Positions 38,118 through 47,427 of a stretch of 64,000 bases of DNA are shown here, one piece after another (position 1 is the first letter of the stretch; every line of letters starts with the position of its first letter). Where the stretch lies: positions 45,120 to 109,119 of the forward strand of contig JAGVBT010000049.1 of assembly GCA_020059605.1 (NCBI GenBank). The letters are read 5' to 3'. Both the position numbers and the translations under genes were made by a program. The notes under the pieces were generated by a model. That model had not been told where the DNA came from. It did not search any database and saw nothing but the letters and a program-made list of their open reading frames with translations. The DNA is from Deltaproteobacteria bacterium (lineage in GTDB: Bacteria; Desulfobacterota; BSN033; UBA1163).

Positions 38118-39134
38118 TTGAAAGAGGAGCTTGAAAAGATTCGCGAGGAATGCCAGGCCTCCCTCTCCGAGGCAAAGACAGAGATGGATGTTGCCGAGAT
38201 CCGTGTCAGGATATTGGGAAGGAAGGGTAGCCTCACACAACTTCTCAAACGGCTGGGATCCCTTCCCGAGGCAGAAAGAAAACAGATAGGCCGGAGGGCA
38301 AATGAGATCAAGGAGAAGCTTGAGGCAAGGATTGAGCAAGCCCTCGAGGACATCCGGGAGCGTGAAAGAAGAGAGTCGCTGGCCAAAGAGAGAATTGATG
38401 TAACGCTTCCGGGCAGAAGGATGGACTTCGGGAGAAGGCATCCCCTGACCCAGACCCTGGATGAGATCGTACACATCTTCTCCCTGTTGGGCTTTGAAGT
38501 GGTCGAAGGGCCGGAGGTGGAACTGGACTATTATAACTTCGAAGCCCTCAACATCCCCAAGGGACATCCCGCCAGGGAGATGCAGGCCACCTTCTTCATC
38601 TCGGAGGATGTGGTCTTGAGAACGCATACCTCTCCCGTCCAGGTGAGGACGATGGAGAAGAGAAGACCGCCTGTGCGCGTGATCTGTCCCGGGGTGGTTT
38701 ACCGATGCGATTCCGACCCGACGCACTCTCCCATGTTTCATCAAGTCGAAGGCCTCCTGGTGGATCGGGGGATCACTTTTTCGGACCTCAAAGGGGTCTT
38801 GACCGTCTTCGTCCACCGAATGTTCGGAAAAGAGACTAACCTGAGGTTCCGCCCCAGTTTTTTCCCCTTTACCGAACCGAGTGCGGAGATCGACATCGAA
38901 TGCTTCATCTGTGGAGGCAGGGGATGCAGCGTTTGTTCGAACACGGGATGGCTCGAAATTTTAGGCTCCGGCATGGTCGATCCCGCCGTCTATCGTTTCG
39001 TCGATTACAATCCGGAGGAGGTGACCGGTTTTGCATTCGGAATGGGAATTGAGCGGATCGCCATGTTGAAGTTTGGCATCCATGACATTCGCCTATTCTA
39101 TACGAATGATCTGAGGTTTCTTAGGCAATTCTAA
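38118..39134 (+). CDS. pheS: phenylalanine--tRNA ligase alpha subunit
   Basis: Class II motifs (FRPSFFPFTEPSAEIDI, GMGIERIAML). 338 aa. Confidence 0.9.
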   Translation: MKEELEKIREECQASLSEAKTEMDVAEIRVRILGRKGSLTQLLKRLGSLPEAERKQIGRRANEIKEKLEARIEQALEDIRERERRESLAKERIDVTLPGRRMDFGRRHPLTQTLDEIVHIFSLLGFEVVEGPEVELDYYNFEALNIPKGHPAREMQATFFISEDVVLRTHTSPVQVRTMEKRRPPVRVICPGVVYRCDSDPTHSPMFHQVEGLLVDRGITFSDLKGVLTVFVHRMFGKETNLRFRPSFFPFTEPSAEIDIECFICGGRGCSVCSNTGWLEILGSGMVDPAVYRFVDYNPEEVTGFAFGMGIERIAMLKFGIHDIRLFYTNDLRFLRQF

Positions 39135-39142
39135 AATGCGGA

Positions 39143-39180
39143 ATGCTGAATGTGGATTGCGTAGTGAAGATTCCGAATTC
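39143..39180 (+). promoter_or_regulatory. stem-loop in the pheS-pheT spacer (GGATTGCG ... CGCAATCC), containing a CCGAATTCCGCAAT repeat unit
   Basis: Perfect 8-bp inverted repeat with a ~22-nt loop. The motif recurs at 48761-48780. Confidence 0.35.
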
Positions 39181-39209
39181 CGCAATCCGAAATCCCCAAT
39201 TGGAGTATT

Positions 39210-41618
39210 ATGAAGATCAGTCTCAACTGGCTCAGGGATTATGTGGACATCCGGATGGAGGTGAAGGATCTGGTCAACCTTCTGACCATGGGAGGGTTAG
39301 AGGTTGAAGCGGCCATACCGACGGGCCAGGGATTTGAGAAAATCATTGTCGCTGAGATCGCATCGATCCGGCGGCACCCCAATGCGGACCGTCTTGTCTT
39401 GGTCGAAGCCAAGACCGGCGAGGAGAGGTTTTCGGTTGTCTGCGGGGCCACGAATATCCGGGAAGGGCACAGGGTTCCCCTGGCCCGGGTCGGAGCAAAA
39501 CTGCCCATCGGAGTTGAGATCAAGAGGTCAAAGATCAGGGGAGAGGTCTCGGAGGGGATGCTCTGCTCCGAGATTGAACTGGGTATGGGACAGGACGCCT
39601 CCGGGATTATGATTTTAAATCCTGATGCCCCTCTCGGAGCGGATTTTGGGGATGTGATCGGACTGAAGGATACAATCCTTGAGGTAAGCATCACGCCCAA
39701 CCGCCCGGACTGCCTCTGCGTCATCGGCGTGGCAAGAGAGATTGCGGCCCTCACTCAGCAACGGGTGAAGTATCCCCCCGTTACACTCTCCAGCCAGGGG
39801 GGTGAGATTGACGAGAAAACCTCAGTTACGATCCTGGATCCGGATCTCTGTCCCCGTTATGTGGCGCGCATGATTGAAGGAGTGAAGATCGGCCCTTCTC
39901 CGCATTGGCTGAGGAATCGGTTGGAAAAGATAGGCATTCGTTCCATCAATAACGTCGTCGATGTGACGAACTATGCGATGATCGAATATGGGCAGCCCCT
40001 CCACGCCTTCGATTTCGAGCTGCTGGAGGAGAGGCGAATTGTGGTTCGAAGGGCCCGACGGGGCGAGGCGTTTACCACGCTGGACGGAGTCAAACGGAGT
40101 CTCGATGAAGAGATGCTCATGATCTGCGATGGTGTCAAGCCGGTGGCTCTTGCCGGCATCATGGGGGGCCTCAACTCGGAGATCAGGGCTGAAACCAGGA
40201 CTGTCCTTCTGGAAAGCGCTTACTTTCAGCCCGCGAACAACCGGAGGACTTCCAAAAAGCTCGGTTTTGAGACGGAAGCCTCTTACCGGTTCGGAAGAGG
40301 AGTGGATTACGGGGGAGCGCTCACTGCGGCCAACCGGGCCGCTTCATTGATTCAGGAAATCGCAGGAGCAAGGGGGGTGGAAGGGGTTATAGATGCTTAT
40401 CCGAAACCGATCCGTCCCAACCCGATTCTTTTGGATGTTCGAAACGTGAACCGGATTCTGGGGACCTCGATTCCGATCGGGCAGGTTAGAACTTATCTTG
40501 AGCATCTGGAACTGGATGTACGGGAGGAGGCCGAGGGAAGATTGAGTGTGACGCCTCCGTCCTTCCGCGGCGATCTCGAAAGGGAGATCGATCTGGTGGA
40601 AGAGGTGGCCCGCCTAAGCGGGTATGAGAATATTCCGCTCACCCTTCCTCAGGGCCCCCCTTCTTCCGAGGAAAAGGGCAGGGAACTGATCCTTGAACAA
40701 AAGGTAAAAGACCTCCTCGTCCGGCATGGTTACCACGAGGTGATCACTTACAGCTTTACCGCTCCCCATTCCATGAATGCCCTCCGCCTTTCGCCGGGGG
40801 ACCCGAGGATGAAATGCCTTCCGATCCTGAACCCCTTGACGGAGGACTCTTCCGTCATGAGAACCTCGCTGATCCCGGGCCTGATCGAGACCGCACGATA
40901 CAATCTCTCTCACAAGAATGTCAACCTCATGATTTTTGAGTTGAAGAAAGTCTATCTGAACATCGCAGGGGAAAGGCTCCCCCGGGAAACCAAATACCTC
41001 ACAGGGCTGGCCATGGGAATGGATGGAGATCCCCATTGGGCCTGTCCGCGAAGGGCGGTCGATTTCTACGACGTCAAAGGATTCCTCGAAGATCTCTTCG
41101 AATATCTTCGGATCAAAGGGGTCGCCTTCGGCAGGGCCGCGGATGTCCCCTATCTCCATCCCGGAACGTCATCGAGAGTCCTCCTCGGAAAAGAAGAGAT
41201 TGGGCTTCTGGGCGAGATCCATCCCCAGGTATCGAGCGATTATGGAATTCCGGGGAAGATTTTTCTCTTTGAAGTCGATTTTGAACGGATGGGGAAATAT
41301 GCGGGGGAGGAAAGTAAATTTCGCCCCCTCCCGAAATTTCCGGCGATCCATCGGGATCTCTCCGTCGTGGTCGAAGATCACCTCGAAGCGGAAAGAGTGG
41401 AAGAGGCGATTCATTTGCTCCGGCAACCCCTGATCGACGAAGTCAAGCTTTTTGATGTCTATCGGGGGCATCAGGTCCCTCAGGGGAAGAAAAGCTTCTC
41501 TTATCGGATCCGGTATCAGGCCGGCGACCGGACCCTGACGGACGATGAAGTAAACCAGTATCACGAGAAGGTCATCTCTCGGTTGAGGGAAATCTTTGGG
41601 GCGGAATTGAGAGGGTAA
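39210..41618 (+). CDS. pheT: phenylalanine--tRNA ligase beta subunit
   Basis: N-terminal tRNA-binding (EMAP-like) domain, B3/B4, B5, catalytic-like core and C-terminal FDX-ACB domain. 802 aa. Confidence 0.9.
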   Translation: MKISLNWLRDYVDIRMEVKDLVNLLTMGGLEVEAAIPTGQGFEKIIVAEIASIRRHPNADRLVLVEAKTGEERFSVVCGATNIREGHRVPLARVGAKLPIGVEIKRSKIRGEVSEGMLCSEIELGMGQDASGIMILNPDAPLGADFGDVIGLKDTILEVSITPNRPDCLCVIGVAREIAALTQQRVKYPPVTLSSQGGEIDEKTSVTILDPDLCPRYVARMIEGVKIGPSPHWLRNRLEKIGIRSINNVVDVTNYAMIEYGQPLHAFDFELLEERRIVVRRARRGEAFTTLDGVKRSLDEEMLMICDGVKPVALAGIMGGLNSEIRAETRTVLLESAYFQPANNRRTSKKLGFETEASYRFGRGVDYGGALTAANRAASLIQEIAGARGVEGVIDAYPKPIRPNPILLDVRNVNRILGTSIPIGQVRTYLEHLELDVREEAEGRLSVTPPSFRGDLEREIDLVEEVARLSGYENIPLTLPQGPPSSEEKGRELILEQKVKDLLVRHGYHEVITYSFTAPHSMNALRLSPGDPRMKCLPILNPLTEDSSVMRTSLIPGLIETARYNLSHKNVNLMIFELKKVYLNIAGERLPRETKYLTGLAMGMDGDPHWACPRRAVDFYDVKGFLEDLFEYLRIKGVAFGRAADVPYLHPGTSSRVLLGKEEIGLLGEIHPQVSSDYGIPGKIFLFEVDFERMGKYAGEESKFRPLPKFPAIHRDLSVVVEDHLEAERVEEAIHLLRQPLIDEVKLFDVYRGHQVPQGKKSFSYRIRYQAGDRTLTDDEVNQYHEKVISRLREIFGAELRG

Positions 41619-41763
41619 ATCCCGTTAGGAATTAGGAAGCCATGAAAGCAGGAAACAATTCAAAGAAAAAATTTATGATTTTTCCTGAGTTCCTGGTCTC
41701 CTTATTAGGAAGGACGGGGCTTTCTTACGGGGTAAAGATTTCGGAGAAAGGAGGAGGCAGGCC

Positions 41764-42057
41764 ATGACAAAGGTCGATATTGTAGAGGCCATTTATGAGA
41801 AGGTCGGATTTTCTAAAAAAGAGGTGGCCAAAATCGTGGAGTCCATCTTTGATATCATCAAAGAGCACCTCCGGCATGAGGACAAGATCAAGATCTCGGG
41901 TTTCGGGAACTTTGTCGTCCGGAACAAGAGGTCAAGAAGAGGCCGTAACCCTCAGACAGGAGATGATATCGAAATTACTCCGAGGCGGATTTTGACTTTC
42001 AAACCGAGCCAGGTGTTGAAGGGTGGTCTCAACCGGAAAGAAACGCCAACTGAATAG
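41764..42057 (+). CDS. ihfA: integration host factor alpha subunit / HU-family DNA-binding protein
   Basis: GFGNFVVRNKRSRRGRNPQTGDDIEITPRRILTFKPSQVLK DNA-binding arm. 97 aa. Confidence 0.75.
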   Translation: MTKVDIVEAIYEKVGFSKKEVAKIVESIFDIIKEHLRHEDKIKISGFGNFVVRNKRSRRGRNPQTGDDIEITPRRILTFKPSQVLKGGLNRKETPTE

Positions 42058-42152
42058 CCAAACTCTCCGGAGTTAGCTGACCTGGGCATAAGAGTCAGGG
42101 ACGGTCTATTCCCATCCCCGGAAGAGGATGGTCAACGGCGCGAGGTGGACCT

Positions 42153-42548
42153 ATGAACAGACTGCTGAGAAAGCGAGAAATGGAAAATCCCGTCTCTCTG
42201 GAGAGACTCTATTACCGGATCGGAGAGGTGAGTCGGATCACGGGGATCAAACCCCATGTACTCCGTTATTGGGAGTCGGAGTTTAAGATCATCAAGCCGC
42301 ACAAGGGAGGGTCACTCCAGCGACTCTACCGCAGGAAAGATCTGGACCTTATCCTGAAAATTAAAAAACTCCTTTATGAAGAGGGGTTTACCATCTCCGG
42401 GGCAAAGAAAAGAATACGGGATCTTGAGCGTTCGGAGAACAACAAGGTGAGGCTGAGACTGGTTGAAAAGAGACCCGGTGGAAAAGATCGCGACCTTCTG
42501 GTGGCCATCCGGGAGGAACTGAAGGGGATTAGAGGAATGCTGGAATAG
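42153..42548 (+). CDS. MerR-family transcriptional regulator
   Basis: HTH YRIGEVSRITGIKPHVLRYWESEF at the N-terminus. 131 aa. Located downstream of pheT-ihfA. Confidence 0.7.
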   Translation: MNRLLRKREMENPVSLERLYYRIGEVSRITGIKPHVLRYWESEFKIIKPHKGGSLQRLYRRKDLDLILKIKKLLYEEGFTISGAKKRIRDLERSENNKVRLRLVEKRPGGKDRDLLVAIREELKGIRGMLE

Positions 42549-42854
42549 GCGAATTGAAGATGAGGCCGTTGAGATGGGAGGAAATACCGTCATCGGGGTG
42601 GAGCTGGGCTATCGGATTGTGGGGACGCATCATGATATGGTCATGTGGCTGGTGACCGCCCAAGGAACGGCCGTGGTGGTCGATTGGTCTGGACTTTTTT
42701 GATGAAATTGAATATACTGAAGATATAAGAATTTGGAATCATGGAATACTGGAACAATGGATTCATGGGTTTTAAAAGGATTGAATCAATTCCTTTTCTT
42801 TTTCTTCACCCAATATTCCAGTTTTCCATTATTCCATCGATCCGTTTTTTCCGT

Positions 42855-42931
<77 letters not shown>

Positions 42932-42951
42932 TCTTCCCCTCTCTATGGAAT

Positions 42952-43707
42952 ATGGCCAAGCCGTTCCGCATTTTAGTTACCAATGACGATGGAATCCATT
43001 CGCAAGGCATTCTGGTCTTAGCAAAGGCTCTCCAGGAAATCGGGGAAGTTTTTGTCGTTGCCCCGGACAGGGAAAAGAGCGCCATCGCTCACTCCCTCAC
43101 CCTGCACCGTCCCCTTCGAGTGGAAAGAATCAAGAAGAATGTCTACGCCGTGGACGGGACCCCGGCCGATTGTGTTTATCTCGGGGTCAATGCCATTCTG
43201 CCCGGGTGGCCGCAGCTTGTCGTGTCAGGCATCAACAAGGGAGGAAACCTGGGGGACGATGTCACCTATTCCGGAACGGTTTCAGCCGCCTTTGAGGGGA
43301 CTCTGCTGGGGATCCCTTCCTTTGCCATCTCCCTGGTTTCAAGGAGCCATTTTAAGTTCAACCCGGCTGCCCAGTTTGCCCGAAGGGTGGCGCGCCATAT
43401 CCTTAAAAAAGGCCTTCCTAAAGGCACATTGCTCAACATCAATGTCCCCAATCTTGATGAAAGAGAGATCAAGTCCTATAAGATCACTCAACAGGGGAGA
43501 TGGACCCATAATGGAAGTGCGGTCGTGGAGAAGACGGACCCCCGTGGTAAAAAGTACTATTGGATCGGTGAGGGACCGCTTACCTTTGATCGAAGGGAGG
43601 ATACGGACTTCGAGGCGATATCCAATTCCTACGTTTCCATTACTCCGCTCCACCTTGATTTAACCGACTATTCATCCATCCATGTGCTGAAAAAGTGGAA
43701 ATTGTAA
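42952..43707 (+). CDS. surE: 5'/3'-nucleotidase SurE
   Basis: [17 protein letters not shown]-terminal motif. Start moved to ATG 42952, because the ORF-track start at 42892 overlaps tRNA-Pro. Confidence 0.85.
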   Translation: MAKPFRILVTNDDGIHSQGILVLAKALQEIGEVFVVAPDREKSAIAHSLTLHRPLRVERIKKNVYAVDGTPADCVYLGVNAILPGWPQLVVSGINKGGNLGDDVTYSGTVSAAFEGTLLGIPSFAISLVSRSHFKFNPAAQFARRVARHILKKGLPKGTLLNINVPNLDEREIKSYKITQQGRWTHNGSAVVEKTDPRGKKYYWIGEGPLTFDRREDTDFEAISNSYVSITPLHLDLTDYSSIHVLKKWKL

Positions 43708-43737
43708 AATAAAAGTCCAGCAACAAAGGAGGGGGAT

Positions 43738-44838
43738 ATGACCACAACACTCAGCATCATCAAAGCGGACATCGGAAGCATCGGCGGCCACATCCGGCCC
43801 AGTGAGAAGCTTATCCAGGCTGTCAGAAGTTTTGTGGCTGAAAAGGGAAAGGGAGCCGTAACCGATTTTTTTGTCAGCCACACGGGGGATGACATTGCGA
43901 TTCTCTTCTCCCATTTCCTGGGGAAAGGGAATGAGAAGATTCACCGGTTGGCCTGGGACGCCTTTGTGGCCGGGACCAACGTGGCAAAGGAACAGGGACT
44001 CTACGGGGCGGGCCAGGACCTTTTGAAAGACTCCTTCTCGGGTAATGTGAAGGGAATGGGACCGGCCGTGGCGGAGATGGAGTTTGAGGAGAGACCGAAC
44101 GAGCCCTTTCTCTTTTTTGCCGCGGACAAAACCGATCCCGGGGCCTATAATCTACCGCTGTATCTGGCCTTTGCCGATCCAATGTATAATGCCGGGCTCA
44201 TCCTCAGCCCATCGATGAACAAAGGGTTCAAGTTCGTCATCATGGATGTCAACCATACCGAGGGAGACCGGCTCATCGAACTCCATGCCCCTGAAGAGAT
44301 CTATGATATCGCCGCTCTTTTAAGAGACAATCAACGATTCGTGGTCGAGGCTATCTATTCGAGAAACAATGGCGATATCGGCGCGGCAGCGAGCACGACG
44401 CGCCTGCATAACATCGCCGGAAAATATACCGGGAAAGATGATCCGGTCATGCTCGTGAGGGTCCAGGGAGCCTTTCCGGCCACGGGTGAGGTTCTCGCTC
44501 CTTTCAACATTGGCCATTACGTGGCTGGCTTTATGAGGGGTAGTCACACGGGCCCGCTCATGCCCGTAAAGATGAACTCGTCCATCTCCTATTTCGATGG
44601 GCCGCCTGTGGTCTGTTGTCTGGCCTTCTGCGTCCATAATGGAAAGCTGACCGAACCGGCGGATGCCTTTGACCACCCCTACTGGGATTGGGTGAGAAAC
44701 AAAGTTTCCCGGAAGGCCACAGACATCCGGCAGCAGGGGTTCTCAGGCGCCGCCATGCTTCCATACAATGAACTGGAATACGGGGGGATCGTCGAAAAGA
44801 TGGGAGTCCTGGATCAACGGTTTATCGTGAAAAAATAA
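43738..44838 (+). CDS. fbp: bifunctional fructose-1,6-bisphosphate aldolase/phosphatase (class V FBPase, archaeal type)
   Basis: N-terminus MTTTLSIIKADIGSIGGH and a ~366-aa length typical of FBP aldolase/phosphatase. Conserved Asp/His-rich catalytic segments. Confidence 0.7.
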   Translation: MTTTLSIIKADIGSIGGHIRPSEKLIQAVRSFVAEKGKGAVTDFFVSHTGDDIAILFSHFLGKGNEKIHRLAWDAFVAGTNVAKEQGLYGAGQDLLKDSFSGNVKGMGPAVAEMEFEERPNEPFLFFAADKTDPGAYNLPLYLAFADPMYNAGLILSPSMNKGFKFVIMDVNHTEGDRLIELHAPEEIYDIAALLRDNQRFVVEAIYSRNNGDIGAAASTTRLHNIAGKYTGKDDPVMLVRVQGAFPATGEVLAPFNIGHYVAGFMRGSHTGPLMPVKMNSSISYFDGPPVVCCLAFCVHNGKLTEPADAFDHPYWDWVRNKVSRKATDIRQQGFSGAAMLPYNELEYGGIVEKMGVLDQRFIVKK

Positions 44839-44920
44839 GAAAGCCCAAAAGGAATCTTTTCAATATCTAACTCCATGGGGCATCGGGCGCGGTGAAAGGC
44901 TCTATGCCCCCGATTCATTT

Positions 44921-46339
44921 ATGCAGAGACTTGTTTACATCGAAACCTATGGCTGCCAGATGAACGAGCACGACTCGGAGCAGATCCTCCGGGTCCTCGA
45001 GGGGGCCAACTATCTTGAGACAAAAGAGGCGCAGCAGGCCGACCTCATCCTTGTCAATACCTGCAGCGTCAGGGAGAAACCGGAGCAGAAGGTCTACAGC
45101 GCCCTTGGAAGATTTAAAAGGTTGAAGGAAGAGAAGGGAACAATCCTCGGGGTGACCGGCTGCGTCGCCCAGCAGGAGGGCGAGAAATTATTGGACCGGA
45201 TCCCCTATCTCGACATGGTCGTCGGAACTCAAGCCATTCTCCTGATACCGCAAATGTTGAAAAGGGTGGAGGTCATAGGAGAGAAGGTTTGTGAAACGGG
45301 GTTTGATGAGAAGGGAACCCATTTAAAAACGCCCCTGCCTTCCGGTTCGCTTCCCAACGTGAAATCCTTTGTGACCATCATGCAGGGGTGCGACCATTTC
45401 TGTTCCTACTGTATTGTCCCCTACGTGAGGGGAAGGGAGAAAAGCCGGGCCAGCGCGGAGATCCTTGAGGAAGTCAAGCATCTGGCAGAAAGGGGAGTGA
45501 AGGAGGTTTGCCTGCTCGGGCAGAATGTGAATGGTTATGGGAAAGGCCTGGAAGGAGAGATGAGCTTCCCGGAACTTCTCCGGGCCATCGACGGAATAGA
45601 GGGAATCGAGCGCATCCGGTTTACCACGTCCCATCCGGCAGATTTATCCCTGGGGTTGATCCGGGCTTTTTCAGAACTGGGAAAGCTCTGTGAGCACATC
45701 CACCTGCCATTCCAATCGGGTTCAAACAGAATCTTAAAGGCCATGCACCGGGGTTATACCAGGGAATCGTATCTCGAAAAGATCGATCGCCTCAAAGAGG
45801 TTTGCTCCTCCATTGCCATTACTGCCGATGTCATGGTTGGTTTTCCCGGAGAAGAGGAGAACGATTTTGAAGAGACTCTCGACCTGATGGAGAAGGTCCG
45901 TTTCGATGACCTCTACTCTTTTAAATACTCTCCGCGAAAAGGGACGAAGGCCTCCCGGCATGAGCATCAGGTGGAGGAAAAGAGAAAGCAGGAACGGCTT
46001 GCCCTTCTCCAAAAGATTCAAAAAGAAACCACCCTTCAAAGGAACATGGCTTTCTTAGGCCGTATCGAAGAGGTCCTGGTGGAAGGTTATAGCAAACAGA
46101 GCCGCCGGGATATGGGGGGCAGGACCCGCACCAATAAAACTGTCAATTTTAAAGGCGATTTGACCTTGCTGGGAAGACGGATCCCGGTTAGAATAACGAA
46201 TGCTTACGCTCACTCGCTCAGAGGCGAAAGGGGAAGCTCTGATGAGAAGGCGAGGGCGGGAGGCATTGAAAGGAGATCCCATGATCCAATTGGAACAGAC
46301 CTTCATGAATTTTCTCCTTCACCACCAGGAGAAACATAA
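44921..46339 (+). CDS. miaB: tRNA-2-methylthio-N6-dimethylallyladenosine synthase (radical-SAM methylthiotransferase)
   Basis: UPF0004 N-domain (YIETYGCQMNEHDSE), radical-SAM CDHFCSYC and a TRAM domain. The 3' end overlaps the next gene by about 59 nt. Confidence 0.85.
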   Translation: MQRLVYIETYGCQMNEHDSEQILRVLEGANYLETKEAQQADLILVNTCSVREKPEQKVYSALGRFKRLKEEKGTILGVTGCVAQQEGEKLLDRIPYLDMVVGTQAILLIPQMLKRVEVIGEKVCETGFDEKGTHLKTPLPSGSLPNVKSFVTIMQGCDHFCSYCIVPYVRGREKSRASAEILEEVKHLAERGVKEVCLLGQNVNGYGKGLEGEMSFPELLRAIDGIEGIERIRFTTSHPADLSLGLIRAFSELGKLCEHIHLPFQSGSNRILKAMHRGYTRESYLEKIDRLKEVCSSIAITADVMVGFPGEEENDFEETLDLMEKVRFDDLYSFKYSPRKGTKASRHEHQVEEKRKQERLALLQKIQKETTLQRNMAFLGRIEEVLVEGYSKQSRRDMGGRTRTNKTVNFKGDLTLLGRRIPVRITNAYAHSLRGERGSSDEKARAGGIERRSHDPIGTDLHEFSPSPPGET

Positions 46340-47267
46340 CCGCACTTACCATTTTTTGGTCCTGATGGATGCCGTGGTCAGTGCGGCAAAACATATCCAG
46401 CATTACTACCTCACAGGCGCTTTAAGAGGGAATCTCGGCCTGGCAGGTGATGTCAACGTGCAGGGAGAGGATGTGATGCGCATGGACCAGATTGCCCAGG
46501 AGATCACGATCCAATATCTGAAGGCTTCGGAACGGGTCATTCATGCGGTCAGCGAAGAATCGGAAGGAATCATCCCGATCAATCCGGATGGCCGTTATTT
46601 CTTCTACTTCGATCCCCTCGACGGCTCATCGAATATCCCCCACGGATTGCCAATCGGGTTTCTTTTCGGAATCGCGAAACGAAATCTCGAAGGCCCTGAA
46701 GACGGCCACCTCAGGGCAGGTAAAGATTACATCGCCGCAGGGATGTTTGTGATTCCGACCGGGATGTTCACACTCGGACTGAGAGGAGCGGGGACCTGGC
46801 AATTCCACATCGACGAAACGATGAATTTCGTCAAGCCTACCCGGATGAATCTTCCCGATGAGGCAAAGACCTGGGAGTTGTCATTTAACGAATCCAACCG
46901 CTATACCTATTCGGAGCGGGTTCAGAAATGGATCATGGAGAATGAGAGCAAGTATGCCTTCCGGTACCTCGGCGCATTGGCCGGAGATTTCCACCGGGTT
47001 CTGGCCAACGGCGGAATGTTCATGTATCCGGCCATCGTCAATCATCCCAACCCCAAGAAGAACCGTCCTGAAGGGAAATTGCGTCTCATGTACGAGGGGG
47101 CGGTCGTGGCTTTCATGTGCCGTGAGGCGGGGGGGACGGCGGTCAATGAGGAGGGAACCCCGATTCTGGATATCCAGCCGGCAAAACATCACCAGAGGAC
47201 AGCGCTCTATGTCGGTTCAAAGAAATTAGTGGAAGATATCGCGAGGGTTTTAAGAAACACGGGTTAG
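46281..47267 (+). CDS. fbp: class 1 fructose-1,6-bisphosphatase
   Basis: DPLDGSSN metal-binding motif and a GSSSNIPHG-like region. Start chosen at the ATG after AAGGAGA; the ORF track starts at 46200. Confidence 0.75.
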   Translation: MIQLEQTFMNFLLHHQEKHNRTYHFLVLMDAVVSAAKHIQHYYLTGALRGNLGLAGDVNVQGEDVMRMDQIAQEITIQYLKASERVIHAVSEESEGIIPINPDGRYFFYFDPLDGSSNIPHGLPIGFLFGIAKRNLEGPEDGHLRAGKDYIAAGMFVIPTGMFTLGLRGAGTWQFHIDETMNFVKPTRMNLPDEAKTWELSFNESNRYTYSERVQKWIMENESKYAFRYLGALAGDFHRVLANGGMFMYPAIVNHPNPKKNRPEGKLRLMYEGAVVAFMCREAGGTAVNEEGTPILDIQPAKHHQRTALYVGSKKLVEDIARVLRNTG

Positions 47268-47427
47268 GGTTACGGCTACGAAGCCCGTTTCGTAATACGG
47301 CAACGGTTACGGAAAAAGAATTAAAAGACGATCAACGTAGCCTTTTATGAACGATACGGGCCTCGTTACCCTTACCGTCAGACATATATTTTCTAAGCAA
47401 TCCTACAACCCAAAAGGAGAGAAAGTC

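Noticed and set aside
42570-42740. Possible small ORF or leader between merR-family gene and tRNA-Pro (ggtggagctgggctatcggattgtggggacgc…)
   Set aside because: No convincing start/RBS, and the frame is short. It probably represents the tRNA-Pro promoter or leader region.
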